DNA of 64,000 bases, from positions 1,268 to 65,267 of the forward strand of contig JAZOAI010000027.1 of assembly GCA_045595365.1 (NCBI GenBank), given 5' to 3'. Numbering within the stretch: position 1 is the stretch's first letter; each line of letters begins with the position of its first letter. Below, piece after piece: positions 19,372 through 29,474 of this stretch. This DNA is from Eubacteriales bacterium. Lineage in GTDB: Bacteria > Bacillota > Clostridia > Oscillospirales > JAAYXM01. The notes below the pieces were generated by a model, which saw only the letters and a list, made by a program, of their open reading frames with translations, searched no databases and was not told where the DNA came from. Made by a program: the position numbers and the translations under genes.

Positions 19372-20283
19372 ATGTATGACGTTGCGATTATTGGCGAAGG
19401 CCCTGCGGGAATGACTGCCGCAATATATGCGACACGGGCAGGTCTCTCGACCGTTATTATCGAAAAAGCTTTCTCCGGCGGGCAAATGGGAGTTACTCCC
19501 GAAATTGACAATTATCCGGGCTTTGAAAGCATTTCGGGATTTGACCTTTCAATGAATATGTCAAACCACGCAAAAAAGCTTGGAGCTGAAATTCTGAAGG
19601 CTGATGTGACTGATATTGAGTTTAACGAAGGTCACAACATTATTAAAACATCAAAGCAGGAAGTTGAAGCAAAAACCGTTATTCTTGCGCTCGGTGCCTC
19701 TCACAGAAAGCTTAATGTTGCCGGAGAGGACAAGTTCTCAGGGCTTGGAGTTTCTTACTGCGCGACTTGCGACGGTAACTTTTTCAGAAACCGCGAGGTC
19801 TGCGTTGTCGGTGGAGGAAACACAGCTCTTGAGGATGCTTTGTATCTTTCGAAAATCTGCACGAAGGTATACCTCATCCACAGGCGCGACTCTTTTCGAG
19901 GCTTTGACGCTCTCGCAAAAAGGATTTCCGAAACGGAAAACATCTTCCCCGTTCTTGACTCCGTAGTCGAGAAGTTAAGCGGAGAGGAACGCCTTTCCTC
20001 CGTCACCGTGAAGAATGTCAAAACCGGCGATATTTCGGATATTCCCGTTGCGGGTTGCTTTATAGCAGTCGGGATGATTCCCAACACAGAAATTCTAAAA
20101 GGGAAAGTTTCGCTTACGGAATCGGGCCATATTGATGCGGGAGAAAACACGGAAACAAACCTTCCCGGAGTTTATGCCGCGGGAGATATACGAAAAAAAC
20201 CATCTTACCAAATAATCACAGCTGCAGCTGACGGCGCTGTTGCGGCGTCGCGCGCAGGTGCATATATTACAGAAAGAGGATGA
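19372..20283 (+). CDS. trxB: Thioredoxin-disulfide reductase
   Basis: It has the FAD motif YDVAIIGEGPAG, the redox CATCDG motif and GGGNTALEDA. ATG at 19372 has RBS AAGGTG. Confidence 0.9.
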   Translation: MYDVAIIGEGPAGMTAAIYATRAGLSTVIIEKAFSGGQMGVTPEIDNYPGFESISGFDLSMNMSNHAKKLGAEILKADVTDIEFNEGHNIIKTSKQEVEAKTVILALGASHRKLNVAGEDKFSGLGVSYCATCDGNFFRNREVCVVGGGNTALEDALYLSKICTKVYLIHRRDSFRGFDALAKRISETENIFPVLDSVVEKLSGEERLSSVTVKNVKTGDISDIPVAGCFIAVGMIPNTEILKGKVSLTESGHIDAGENTETNLPGVYAAGDIRKKPSYQIITAAADGAVAASRAGAYITERG

Positions 20284-20288
20284 AAAAA

Positions 20289-21131
20289 ATGAGAGAAGTT
20301 TCAGTAAAAGAAATATCACGCGAAATAGCGAGGCTTTGCGAAGAAGCTTGCACAAAGCTTCCCTGCGATGTCGTGAAGTCTTTTGAAGACGGCGCAAAAA
20401 ACGAAAAGTCCCCCGTAGGGCGCGATATCTTCAACGTTATGTGTGAAAATGCGCGCTACGCCGCAGAATCGGGCATCCCTGCCTGCCAGGACACGGGAAT
20501 GGCTGTCGTTTTTATCGACATCGGTCAGGATGTTCACCTTACAGACGGCGATTTTTACGAGGCTGTCAACGAAGGTGTCCGCCGCGGATATGTTGACGGA
20601 AAGCTTCGCCTTTCCGTTGTTGGCGACCCTCTCCGCAGAGTAAACACCAACGACAACACTCCTGCAATTTTACATACACGCATAGTTCCGGGTGACAAGG
20701 TTTCAATCACCGTTGCGCCTAAGGGCTTTGGCAGCGAAAATATGAGCGCTATGAAAATGTTCAAGCCCTCGGCAACGACAGACGATATCCTCGACTTTAT
20801 CGTGGATACAGTCTCAAAAGCGGGAAGCAACCCCTGCCCGCCGGTAATCGTCGGCGTAGGCCTTGGCGGGACTGTCGATATGGCTGCTCTCTGCGCAAAG
20901 CGTGCGCTTCTCCGCGATGTGGGAAGCAAACATGATGACGAGCTCTATGCATCTCTTGAGGCTGAAGCTCTCTGCCGCGTCAACAAGCTCGGAATCGGCC
21001 CGCAGGGAATGGGCGGCACGATTACTGCCCTTGCTGTTTTCTTTGAAAAGTATGCAACGCATATTGCGGGGCTGCCCTGCGTTGTAAACATAGGTTGCCA
21101 CATCACTCGTCACGCATCGACAATCATTTAG
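20289..21131 (+). CDS. Class I Fe-S fumarate/tartrate hydro-lyase, alpha (N-terminal) subunit
   Basis: The CQDTGMAVVF motif, GSEN and NIGCH are present. About 280 aa. The start region overlaps the trxB stop. No beta subunit gene follows. Confidence 0.85.
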   Translation: MREVSVKEISREIARLCEEACTKLPCDVVKSFEDGAKNEKSPVGRDIFNVMCENARYAAESGIPACQDTGMAVVFIDIGQDVHLTDGDFYEAVNEGVRRGYVDGKLRLSVVGDPLRRVNTNDNTPAILHTRIVPGDKVSITVAPKGFGSENMSAMKMFKPSATTDDILDFIVDTVSKAGSNPCPPVIVGVGLGGTVDMAALCAKRALLRDVGSKHDDELYASLEAEALCRVNKLGIGPQGMGGTITALAVFFEKYATHIAGLPCVVNIGCHITRHASTII

Positions 21132-21265
21132 GATATTTACTAAATTTGAACCTTGATTTTTAAATTTATTGTGTATTTTTTATAAAACCGTATTGTGCTT
21201 CTGCTTTTTATGTGCTATAATTTAGGTAAGGTACAGAGGTACCAAAACGAAAGGAGCGGACACAT

Positions 21266-21799
21266 ATGAAGTTTATCTACACAGAACGCAATTTTGATTT
21301 CACTGATGACTTGCGTGCATACGCGGAGAAAAAGCTTTCAAAGCTTGATAAGTATTTTCACTCGGATGCAGAAGCGAGCATCACCGCTCGGACAGAACGC
21401 GGGCACTGTTGCCTTGAGGTCACCCTCAGAAGCGGCGGTATGCTTATGCGCGCTGCTTGCCGCGACACTGACGTTTTCCGCGCCATTGACACGGCAGAGG
21501 TCACAATTGACAGGCAAATCAGAAAGAACAAAACCCGCCTTGAAAAAAGGCTGCGCGACGGGGCTTTTGAAAGTCTTCTCTTCCCCTCTGATTCGGAGCC
21601 GGTTGAGGAGGAGCGCGAGTTTGACATCGTTCGTACAAAGCGTTTTTCTGTCAAGCCTATGACGGTTGAAGAGGCCATTCTTCAGATGAATCTCTTAAAC
21701 CACGAGTTCTTTGTCTTTAAAAACGCGGCAGATGACGAGCGTTTTTCTGTGGTATATAAGCGCCATGACGGCGGATACGGTTTGATTGAAGACGCATAA
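21266..21799 (+). CDS. hpf: Ribosome hibernation-promoting factor (long HPF)
   Basis: It has an N-terminal S30AE domain and the C-terminal motif KPMTVEEAILQMNLLNHEFFVF. Confidence 0.9.
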   Translation: MKFIYTERNFDFTDDLRAYAEKKLSKLDKYFHSDAEASITARTERGHCCLEVTLRSGGMLMRAACRDTDVFRAIDTAEVTIDRQIRKNKTRLEKRLRDGAFESLLFPSDSEPVEEEREFDIVRTKRFSVKPMTVEEAILQMNLLNHEFFVFKNAADDERFSVVYKRHDGGYGLIEDA

Positions 21800-21874
21800 A
21801 TTTAATAATAATTCTATGGAGCTGTATCGGGAAACCGATACAGCCCCATTTACTTTCACCAAGGAGTTGTTTTT

Positions 21875-22417
21875 ATGTTTTCTGACCTGCTGACTCTTTT
21901 TGGACTTTTTTTCAAAATAGGAGCTTTTACCTTTGGCGGCGGCTACGCGATGATCCCGGTATTTGAACGCGAATTTGTGACCGAACGCGGATGGATAACC
22001 TCTGAGGATATGATGAACTACGTTGCAATGAGCCAATCATCTCCGGGCGTAATCGCCGTTAATATGGCAACGTTTATCGGCTATCGCAGGCGCGGGTTCT
22101 GGGGAGCTCTTTTTTCCACGCTCGGAGTTATAATCCCCTCCATAATCGTTATTTCAATTATTGCGGCATTTATCTCAAACTTCAATGAATACGTTTATGT
22201 GCAAAAGGCACTGCGCGGCATAAACATCGCTGTTGCAGTTATTCTTTCCTCGGCAGTCTGGGATCTTGGCAAAAAATCGGTTGTTGATATAATCGGTTTC
22301 GCTCTCGCGCTCATCTCTTTCCTCTCTGTTGTCATTTTTAGAATAAACAGCATCTGGCTTATAATCTTCTCTCTTATTGTCGGAATCGCCGTTAAAGGGG
22401 GTAAGGTCTTAAAATGA
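21875..22417 (+). CDS. chrA: Chromate transporter family protein (short ChrA, first of a pair)
   Basis: The motif FTFGGGYAMIP...SSPGVIAVN is present. It overlaps the next gene by 4 nt. Confidence 0.85.
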   Translation: MFSDLLTLFGLFFKIGAFTFGGGYAMIPVFEREFVTERGWITSEDMMNYVAMSQSSPGVIAVNMATFIGYRRRGFWGALFSTLGVIIPSIIVISIIAAFISNFNEYVYVQKALRGINIAVAVILSSAVWDLGKKSVVDIIGFALALISFLSVVIFRINSIWLIIFSLIVGIAVKGGKVLK

Positions 22418-22974
22418 ATATATTTTCTCTCTGCCTGATGTTTTTCCTTACCGGGCTTTTTGCTATAGGCGGTGGCCTCGCAGGAATCCCCATTATGCAA
22501 CAGCTTATAGTTGAAAAGGGCTGGATTGCCCCTGAAATGTTCTATAATATGGTGGCCATAAGTGAATCCACCCCGGGGCCTATTGGCGTTAATATGGCGA
22601 CTTACATCGGTTTTGAGCGCTTTGGAGTTCTTGGTGGAATTGCGACAACTCTCGCGCTTACTCTCCCCTCTTTTATTTCAATTCTTTTAATTGCTCGCTT
22701 TTTTCTGCGCATTGAAGACAAGCCCATTGTTAAAAACGCGCTATACGGAATCCGCGCTGCCGTTTCCGGCCTTATCGCTTCTGCGGCGTGGAGCGTGCTT
22801 TCAGTAACAATCTTAACTCCCGATAATTTTTTAGCAAACCCGTCACCACTGACGCTTTTTGATTTCCGTCAGCTTGCAATTTTCGCAGTTATCTTTACGC
22901 TGTATAAGGTTTTTAAAAAGCATCCTATTTGGTATATCCTGTTTGGTGCGGTATGCGGAATTGTTTTTCTTTGA
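22414..22974 (+). CDS. chrA: Chromate transporter family protein (short ChrA, second of a pair)
   Basis: The motif FAIGGGLAGIP...STPGPIGVN is present. Confidence 0.85.
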   Translation: MNIFSLCLMFFLTGLFAIGGGLAGIPIMQQLIVEKGWIAPEMFYNMVAISESTPGPIGVNMATYIGFERFGVLGGIATTLALTLPSFISILLIARFFLRIEDKPIVKNALYGIRAAVSGLIASAAWSVLSVTILTPDNFLANPSPLTLFDFRQLAIFAVIFTLYKVFKKHPIWYILFGAVCGIVFL

Positions 22975-23075
22975 TTTAATTACACTTTATGCTATAAAAC
23001 AAATCGAACCTCTCGACGTACTTATGTACTACTTCGGGTTCGATTTGTTTATTCTGCACTATTTTTCTAAAGCCC

Positions 23076-23116
23076 AAAAAAAGGGTTTGTAGCAAAATGC
23101 ATTTTGCTACAAACCC
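23076..23116 (-). terminator. ftsZ terminator
   Basis: A 17-bp perfect stem gggtttgtagcaaaatg/cattttgctacaaaccc is followed by TTTTTTT on the minus strand. Confidence 0.8.
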
Positions 23117-23127
23117 TTTAAATTATC

Positions 23128-24312
23128 TTAATTTCTGTTCTGGAACATCTTGACGATTAATTCATATGGGTCATCGTCTTCCCCATCCGTTGCAGCAGAA
23201 GCCTCCTCCGCAGGAGCTGAAGCTACAGGAGCCGGAGTTTCTTCCTCATCAAAAAGCGAGGAGCGGAAACGAGGGAAGGAAGGTTCCTCCTCAACTTTTG
23301 GAGCCTCAACCTTTTCTGGCTGGATTGCTTTTGCCGGGGCAGGTGCTTCTGAAGCTTTGCCCTCAAAGCCTGTCGCGATGACCGTAACGCGGATTTCATC
23401 CTCGAGGTCGGGGTCAAACGCCGCACCAAAGATGATGTTCGCATCCTCGTGAGCTGCTTCACGAACCATTTCTGCGGCAGTTTCGACTTCATCAAGCCCG
23501 ATGTCGAGCGAGCCTGTTATGTTGATAATAACGCCGTGAGCGCCGTTAATTGAGGTTTCAAGAAGCGGGCTCTGGATAGCTATGCGGGCAGCCTCTGCCG
23601 CCTTATCCTTACCTGAAGCGCGGCCAACGCCCATATGAGCATAGCCTGCATCCTTCATAATCTTCTTAACGTCAGCAAAGTCAAGGTTAACAAGACCGCC
23701 GCCGGAAATAAGCTCTGAAATGCTCTGGATTGCCTGACGGAGAACGTCATCAGCAACCTCAAATGCGTTTAAGAAGGTTATCTTCTGCTCCGAGACGCAC
23801 TTTAAACGTTCGTTCGGGATGACAACGAGAGAGTCAACCTTTGCGCGAAGGGTTTCGATTCCCTCTTCGGCCTGAAGCATACGCTTCTTTCCTTCAAATG
23901 CGAACGGCTTCGTAACAACGCCGATTGTGAGGATTTCCATCTCACGGGCAATCTCAGCAACTATGGGAGCTGCACCTGTGCCGGTACCACCGCCCATACC
24001 TGCGGTAATAAACACCATATCAGTGCCTTCAAGCATTTTTTTGATGCTCTCACGGCTCTCCTCTGCGGCTTTTTTGCCTATTTCAGGGTCAGAACCGGCA
24101 CCGAGACCCTTCGTGAGCTTCTCGCCAAGCTGAATTCTGTATGTAGCGCAGGACTTATAAAGAGCCTGCCTGTCTGTGTTCATAACTATGAACTCAACGC
24201 CGCGAACACCTGAATTAATCATCTGATTAACAGCGTTTCCGCCGCCGCCACCCGTACCGATGACTTTAATGGGAACTATAACTTCTGTGCCTGCATCTAA
24301 CTCGAAAGGCAT
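23128..24312 (-). CDS. ftsZ: Cell division protein FtsZ
   Basis: The motifs [11 protein letters not shown] and [12 protein letters not shown] are present, with a Pro/Glu-rich linker and a C-terminal peptide. Confidence 0.95.
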   Translation of the reverse strand: MPFELDAGTEVIVPIKVIGTGGGGGNAVNQMINSGVRGVEFIVMNTDRQALYKSCATYRIQLGEKLTKGLGAGSDPEIGKKAAEESRESIKKMLEGTDMVFITAGMGGGTGTGAAPIVAEIAREMEILTIGVVTKPFAFEGKKRMLQAEEGIETLRAKVDSLVVIPNERLKCVSEQKITFLNAFEVADDVLRQAIQSISELISGGGLVNLDFADVKKIMKDAGYAHMGVGRASGKDKAAEAARIAIQSPLLETSINGAHGVIINITGSLDIGLDEVETAAEMVREAAHEDANIIFGAAFDPDLEDEIRVTVIATGFEGKASEAPAPAKAIQPEKVEAPKVEEEPSFPRFRSSLFDEEETPAPVASAPAEEASAATDGEDDDPYELIVKMFQNRN

Positions 24313-24364
24313 ATGTAAAATCCTCCTTGAGACTTCTTTTGTTACTTATACTATAACATATACT

Positions 24365-24393
24365 ATTTTATAATTTTTTTGCCAAAAGGTCAA
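24365..24393 (-). promoter_or_regulatory. Candidate sigma-A promoter for ftsZ
   Basis: On the minus strand TTGACC, a 17-nt spacer and TAAAAT lie ~50 nt upstream of the ftsZ ATG. Confidence 0.5.
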
Positions 24394-24468
24394 TAGGAAT
24401 TATGCAATATTTATAATTTTTTTGAAGAAAGTTTTTCCAAATTTGGAAATAAGGCCGCTAAAAGATAT

Positions 24469-24501
24469 AAAAAAGGCATTGGAAATTTCCAATGCCTTTT
24501 T
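24469..24501 (-). terminator. tuf terminator
   Basis: The stem ggcattgg/ccaatgcc is flanked by A and T runs and lies 17 nt after the tuf stop. Confidence 0.7.
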
Positions 24502-24517
24502 GAGAAAAGCTTTAAAA

Positions 24518-25717
24518 TTATGCGTTAATTCCGATAACAACGCCGGAACCAACTGTTCTGCCGCCTTCACGGATAGCGAAGCGGAGACCCTCTTCGATAG
24601 CGATCGGGGTGATGAGCTCAACGTTCATAACAACGTTATCGCCCGGCATGCACATTTCAACGCCGTCTTCAAGTGTGATAACACCTGTAACGTCAGTTGT
24701 ACGGAAGTAGAACTGCGGACGGTAGTTGGAGAAGAACGGCTTATGACGGCCACCCTCTTCCTTCTTAAGAACGTAAACCTGGCCCTTGAACTTTGTGTGC
24801 GGGTTGATGGAGCCCGGCTTTGCAAGAACCTGACCACGCTTGATTTCGTCACGAGCAATACCACGGAGAAGAGCACCGATGTTGTCGCCAGCTTCTGCAT
24901 AGTCGAGGAGCTTACGGAACATTTCGATACCTGTGATAACAGTCTTGCGGCTCTCGTCTGCAAGACCAACGATTTCAACTTCTTCGTTCATCTTGATCTG
25001 GCCACGCTCAACACGACCTGTAGCAACAGTACCACGGCCTGTGATTGTCATAACGTCTTCAACCGGCATAAGGAACGGAAGGTCAGCCTTGCGCTCCGGA
25101 GTCGGGATGTACTCGTCAACAGCATTCATAAGCTCAAGAATCGGAGCATATGCAGCATCGTTTACATCGTCGCCGCCTTCAAGAGCTGCAAGAGCAGAAC
25201 CCTTGATGATCGGAATATCGTCACCCGGGAACTCGTAGTCAGAGAGAAGCTCACGGATTTCCATCTCAACAAGCTCGAGAAGCTCCGGATCGTCAACCTG
25301 ATCACACTTGTTCATGAAAACAACAATGTAGGGAACGCCAACCTGACGAGCAAGAAGAATGTGCTCGCGAGTCTGCGGCATCGGGCCGTCAGCAGCTGAA
25401 ACAACGAGGATAGCGCCGTCCATCTGAGCAGCACCGGTGATCATGTTCTTAACGTAGTCAGCATGTCCCGGGCAGTCAACGTGAGCATAGTGACGTGTGT
25501 CTGTCTCGTACTCAACGTGAGCTGTGTTGATTGTGATACCACGCTCTCTCTCTTCCGGAGCCTTGTCGATGTTTGCATAGTCTTCAAACTTTGCCTTACC
25601 CTGGAATGAGAGTGTCTTTGTGATAGCAGCTGTAAGAGTTGTTTTACCATGGTCAACGTGACCGATGGTACCGATATTTACGTGCGGTTTACTTCTTTCA
25701 AATTTTTCCTTTGCCAT
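24518..25717 (-). CDS. tuf: Elongation factor Tu
   Basis: The motifs [18 protein letters not shown] and NKCD are present. 399 aa. Confidence 0.98.
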   Translation of the reverse strand: MAKEKFERSKPHVNIGTIGHVDHGKTTLTAAITKTLSFQGKAKFEDYANIDKAPEERERGITINTAHVEYETDTRHYAHVDCPGHADYVKNMITGAAQMDGAILVVSAADGPMPQTREHILLARQVGVPYIVVFMNKCDQVDDPELLELVEMEIRELLSDYEFPGDDIPIIKGSALAALEGGDDVNDAAYAPILELMNAVDEYIPTPERKADLPFLMPVEDVMTITGRGTVATGRVERGQIKMNEEVEIVGLADESRKTVITGIEMFRKLLDYAEAGDNIGALLRGIARDEIKRGQVLAKPGSINPHTKFKGQVYVLKKEEGGRHKPFFSNYRPQFYFRTTDVTGVITLEDGVEMCMPGDNVVMNVELITPIAIEEGLRFAIREGGRTVGSGVVIGINA

Positions 25718-25854
25718 TTTGCTTAATCCTCCTCTTTATTTTAAAAAATTATTTACTTATTTTTTCTGCACACGGATTTATGTGCAGTTACATACTGTTA
25801 TTTTATAGTAAAACAACAAAACTTTCAACTATTTTTTTGAAATTTTTTCAAAAA

Positions 25855-27936
25855 TTAGTCTTTCTTTGCACGAACCGAGATGATTTCCTCAGAAATGCTC
25901 TTCGGAACCTCAGTGTAGCTGTGCGGCTCCATTGTGTACTGGCCGCGTCCCTGTGTTCTGGAACGGAGGTCTGTCGCATAACCGAACATTTCGGAAAGCG
26001 GAACAAGAGCTTCGATCTGCTGTGCGCCAAAGCGAGCCTCCATACCCTGAATCTGACCACGGCGGCCGTTAAGGTCACCCATAACGTCGCCCATGTAGTC
26101 CTCAGGAACAATGACTACAACTCTCATAATCGGCTCCATAAGAACCGGGTTTGCCTTGCGGCATGCTTCCTTAAACGCCATTGAACCGGCAATCTTAAAC
26201 GCCATTTCAGATGAGTCAACCTCGTGGTATGAGCCGTCGTAAAGTGTTACCTTAACGTCAACTACGTTATAGCCCGCGAGAACACCGCTCTGCATTGCGC
26301 CCTGAATACCTGCGTCAACAGCCGGAATGTATTCCTTCGGAATTGCACCACCGACGACCTTGTTGATGAACTCGTAGCCCTTGCCGGACTCGTTCGGCTC
26401 AACAATGATCTTAACGTGACCGTACTGACCCTTACCGCCTGACTGACGGGAGTACTTGTGGTCAACATCGGCAGACTTGCGGATAGTCTCTTTGTAAGCA
26501 ACCTGGGGCTTACCGACATTCGCTTCAACTCTGAACTCACGAAGGAGACGGTCAACAATGATTTCAAGGTGGAGCTCGCCCATACCTGCGATAATCGTCT
26601 GCCCTGTTTCTTCGTCAGTGTAGGTGCGGAAGGTCGGGTCCTCTTCAGCAAGCTTTGCAAGAGCGATACCCATTTTTTCCTGACCGGCCTTTGTCTTCGG
26701 CTCGATAGCTACACGGATAACAGGCTCCGGGAATTCCATAGACTCGAGAATAATCGGGTGCTTTTCATCACAGAGAGTGTCACCTGTTGTAGTGTTCTTA
26801 AGCCCTACAGCCGCTGCGATGTCACCGGAATAAACTTCCTCGACATCTTCACGGTGGTTAGCATGCATCTTAAGGATACGGCCGATACGCTCTTTGTTGT
26901 CCTTAACAGAGTTAAGAACCGTGCTACCTGCCTTAAGTGTACCGGAATATACGCGGAAGAAGCATATCTTACCGACATACGGGTCAGTAGCAATCTTGAA
27001 TGCGAGAGATGAGAACGGAGCCTTGTCATCTGACGGACGGCTGTCCTCCTCGCCTGTTTCAGGGTTTACACCCTTGATGGCCGGAACGTCTGTCGGAGCC
27101 GGCATATAATCGACAACAGCGTCGAGAAGCATCTGAACGCCCTTGTTGCGGTAGGAAGTACCACAGCATACCGGAACCATCTTAACTGCAATCGTAGCCT
27201 TACGGATAGCATTTTTAATAGCTTCTTCGGAAACTTCCTCTCCCTCGAGGTACTTTTCCATAATTTCGTCATCAAATTCGGAAACTGCCTCAAGAAGAGC
27301 TGCACGATACTCCTCTGCCTTTTCCAGCATATCTGCCGGAATGTCCTCATCGCGGAAATCCTTGCCAAGGTCATCATAGTAAACCTCAGCACGCATTCTG
27401 ACAAGGTCGATAATTCCGCGGAACAGGTTTTCAGATCCTATCGGGAGCTGAATCGGAACCGCGTTACAATTGAGTCTTTCTTTCATCATGGCGACAACGT
27501 TGTAGAAGTCTGCACCCATAATGTCCATCTTGTTGACATATGCCATACGCGGAACCTGATACTTGTCCGCCTGGCGCCAAACTGTTTCGGACTGCGGCTC
27601 AACGCCACCCTTTGCACAGAGAACGGTAACGCTTCCGTCAAGAACACGGAGCGAACGCTCAACCTCGATTGTAAAGTCAACGTGTCCCGGGGTGTCGATG
27701 ATGTTGATGCAATGGTTCTTCCACTGGCAGGTTGTAGCAGCAGAGGTAATCGTGATACCGCGCTCCTTCTCCTGCTCCATCCAGTCCATCGTTGCTGTAC
27801 CCTCGTGAGTATCACCGATCTTGTAGTTACGGCCGGTGTAGTAGAGAATACGCTCGGTGGTGGTTGTTTTACCTGCGTCGATGTGAGCCATGATTCCTAT
27901 ATTCCTTGTAAGTTCAAGGGGAAACTGTCTTGGCAT
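25855..27936 (-). CDS. fusA: Elongation factor G
   Basis: The motifs [23 protein letters not shown] and NKMD are present. 693 aa. Confidence 0.98.
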   Translation of the reverse strand: MPRQFPLELTRNIGIMAHIDAGKTTTTERILYYTGRNYKIGDTHEGTATMDWMEQEKERGITITSAATTCQWKNHCINIIDTPGHVDFTIEVERSLRVLDGSVTVLCAKGGVEPQSETVWRQADKYQVPRMAYVNKMDIMGADFYNVVAMMKERLNCNAVPIQLPIGSENLFRGIIDLVRMRAEVYYDDLGKDFRDEDIPADMLEKAEEYRAALLEAVSEFDDEIMEKYLEGEEVSEEAIKNAIRKATIAVKMVPVCCGTSYRNKGVQMLLDAVVDYMPAPTDVPAIKGVNPETGEEDSRPSDDKAPFSSLAFKIATDPYVGKICFFRVYSGTLKAGSTVLNSVKDNKERIGRILKMHANHREDVEEVYSGDIAAAVGLKNTTTGDTLCDEKHPIILESMEFPEPVIRVAIEPKTKAGQEKMGIALAKLAEEDPTFRTYTDEETGQTIIAGMGELHLEIIVDRLLREFRVEANVGKPQVAYKETIRKSADVDHKYSRQSGGKGQYGHVKIIVEPNESGKGYEFINKVVGGAIPKEYIPAVDAGIQGAMQSGVLAGYNVVDVKVTLYDGSYHEVDSSEMAFKIAGSMAFKEACRKANPVLMEPIMRVVVIVPEDYMGDVMGDLNGRRGQIQGMEARFGAQQIEALVPLSEMFGYATDLRSRTQGRGQYTMEPHSYTEVPKSISEEIISVRAKKD

Positions 27937-27969
27937 TTCATATCTCCTTTCGGTAGTAACAGCTAAGGA

Positions 27970-28440
27970 TTACCAGCGGAAGTGTGCAAACGCACGGTTT
28001 GCCTCTGCCATCTTGTGTGTATCCTCACGCTTCTTAACTGCGCCGCCGACGCCGTTTATTGCGTCGATAAGCTCGCCTGCAAGACGCTCGCACATTGTTC
28101 TCTCACTTCTTGAACGTGCATAAGCCGTGAGCCAGCGGAGACCAAGTGTCTGTCTGCGCTCCGGGCGAACTTCTATCGGAACCTGGTAAGTAGCACCGCC
28201 GACACGGCGAGCCTTAACTTCAAGCACCGGCATAATGTTTTCTAATGCTTCGGTAAAAGCTTCAATCGGAGCTTTACCTGTCTTTTCGCTCAGGATTTCA
28301 AAAGCGCCGTAGACAATCTTCTGTGCTACGCCCTTTTTACCATCGAGCATAATGCTGTTGATAAGCTTTGTGACAAGCTTGGAGTTGTAAAGCGGATCAG
28401 GCAATACATCTCTCTTGGGAATAAATCCTCTTCTTGGCAC
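27970..28440 (-). CDS. rpsG: 30S ribosomal protein S7
   Basis: The sequence begins [19 protein letters not shown] chose the GTG at 28440 with GGAGGG 7 nt upstream, giving 156 aa. Confidence 0.95.
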   Translation of the reverse strand: MPRRGFIPKRDVLPDPLYNSKLVTKLINSIMLDGKKGVAQKIVYGAFEILSEKTGKAPIEAFTEALENIMPVLEVKARRVGGATYQVPIEVRPERRQTLGLRWLTAYARSRSERTMCERLAGELIDAINGVGGAVKKREDTHKMAEANRAFAHFRW

Positions 28441-28597
28441 TGTTTTTCCCTCCTTCATATAGAGTAATGATTTCATAGGTACTCCGAAGCAAACTTACTT
28501 CGGTGTGTGCCCGCCCGAGGTTTATACATATATATAAACACTGGGCAAGGCATGACTTTGCCTTGCGCTGTGCGTGGTAAAGTCGTGTGTTAAAATT

Positions 28598-29017
28598 TTA
28601 CTTGCCTGCCTTAGGCTTCTTTGCACCGTACTTGGAACGAGCCTGCATACGGTTTGCAACACCCTGTGTGTCAAGTGTACCGCGGATGATGTGGTAACGT
28701 ACACCAGGAAGGTCCTTAACACGGCCGCCGCGAATCATAACAACGGAGTGTTCCTGAAGGTTATGACCTACGCCCGGGATGTATGCGGAAACCTCTGTAC
28801 CGTTTGTAAGGCGAACACGGGCGATTTTACGAAGAGCTGAGTTCGGCTTCTTCGGAGTGGCTGTACGAACTGCTGTGCATACGCCGCGCTTCTGAGGAGA
28901 ACTCTGATTCGTAACTTCCTTCTTTAAAGAGTTGTACCCGTTCTGCAGAGCCGGAGCTGTTGACTTGTAAACTGATACCTGGCGTCCTTTTCTAACAAGC
29001 TGGTTTACTGTAGGCAT
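28598..29017 (-). CDS. rpsL: 30S ribosomal protein S12
   Basis: The sequence begins [12 protein letters not shown] and contains [10 protein letters not shown]. The start has RBS AGGAGG. Confidence 0.95.
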   Translation of the reverse strand: MPTVNQLVRKGRQVSVYKSTAPALQNGYNSLKKEVTNQSSPQKRGVCTAVRTATPKKPNSALRKIARVRLTNGTEVSAYIPGVGHNLQEHSVVMIRGGRVKDLPGVRYHIIRGTLDTQGVANRMQARSKYGAKKPKAGK

Positions 29018-29114
29018 TATTTTTCCTCCTTTCCTCAAAAATAAATATATATTCTCTGCCGAGCGGCCTTGTACTAAGGCCGCCCGACCGGGAATTTTGA
29101 AAAAGTTTCCGACG

Positions 29115-29357
29115 CTATTTTACAAGCGCCGCTACAGCTGCGCCCACGTTTATCCCGCAGGCAGCGCCAAGCTCTTCCATAGTGTCGACTCTCACAAGCT
29201 CAATGCCTTTTTTCTCACAGAGAGCTGCAAAAGCGTTTACTATTTCAGGGTCGGCATCACGCGCAGCGAAAGCCTTTGTCGCAGACCCGTCAGAAACGGC
29301 TCTCCGAGACTGTTTTACGCCGACAACGTGTTTTGCGGCTGCAAATTCGCAAATCAT
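29115..29357 (-). CDS. L7Ae/L30e family ribosome-associated protein (YbxF-like)
   Basis: It contains [11 protein letters not shown] and ELG.ACGI.VGAA and lies between rpoC and rpsL, as in Bacillus. The start is uncertain (29357 or 29387). Confidence 0.7.
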   Translation of the reverse strand: MICEFAAAKHVVGVKQSRRAVSDGSATKAFAARDADPEIVNAFAALCEKKGIELVRVDTMEELGAACGINVGAAVAALVK

Positions 29358-29474
29358 CGTGAATTTACCTCCAAATACAAGCATCATAGCCGATGCCTAA
29401 TCTGATTTCATAGCCATACATCATAGGATTATATCAGATTATTTGTAATTAGTCAATCTTTAATGCAAATTTTT

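Noticed and set aside
24422-25399. 325-aa ORF antisense to tuf. Similar long antisense ORFs occur at 7839..8945, 10758..11405, 18405..19277, 36122..36823 and 47322..48062.
   Set aside because: All lie fully inside strongly identified genes on the opposite strand. They have low-complexity or Ser/Arg/Cys-rich translations and no RBS, which is a typical artefact of mid-GC coding DNA.
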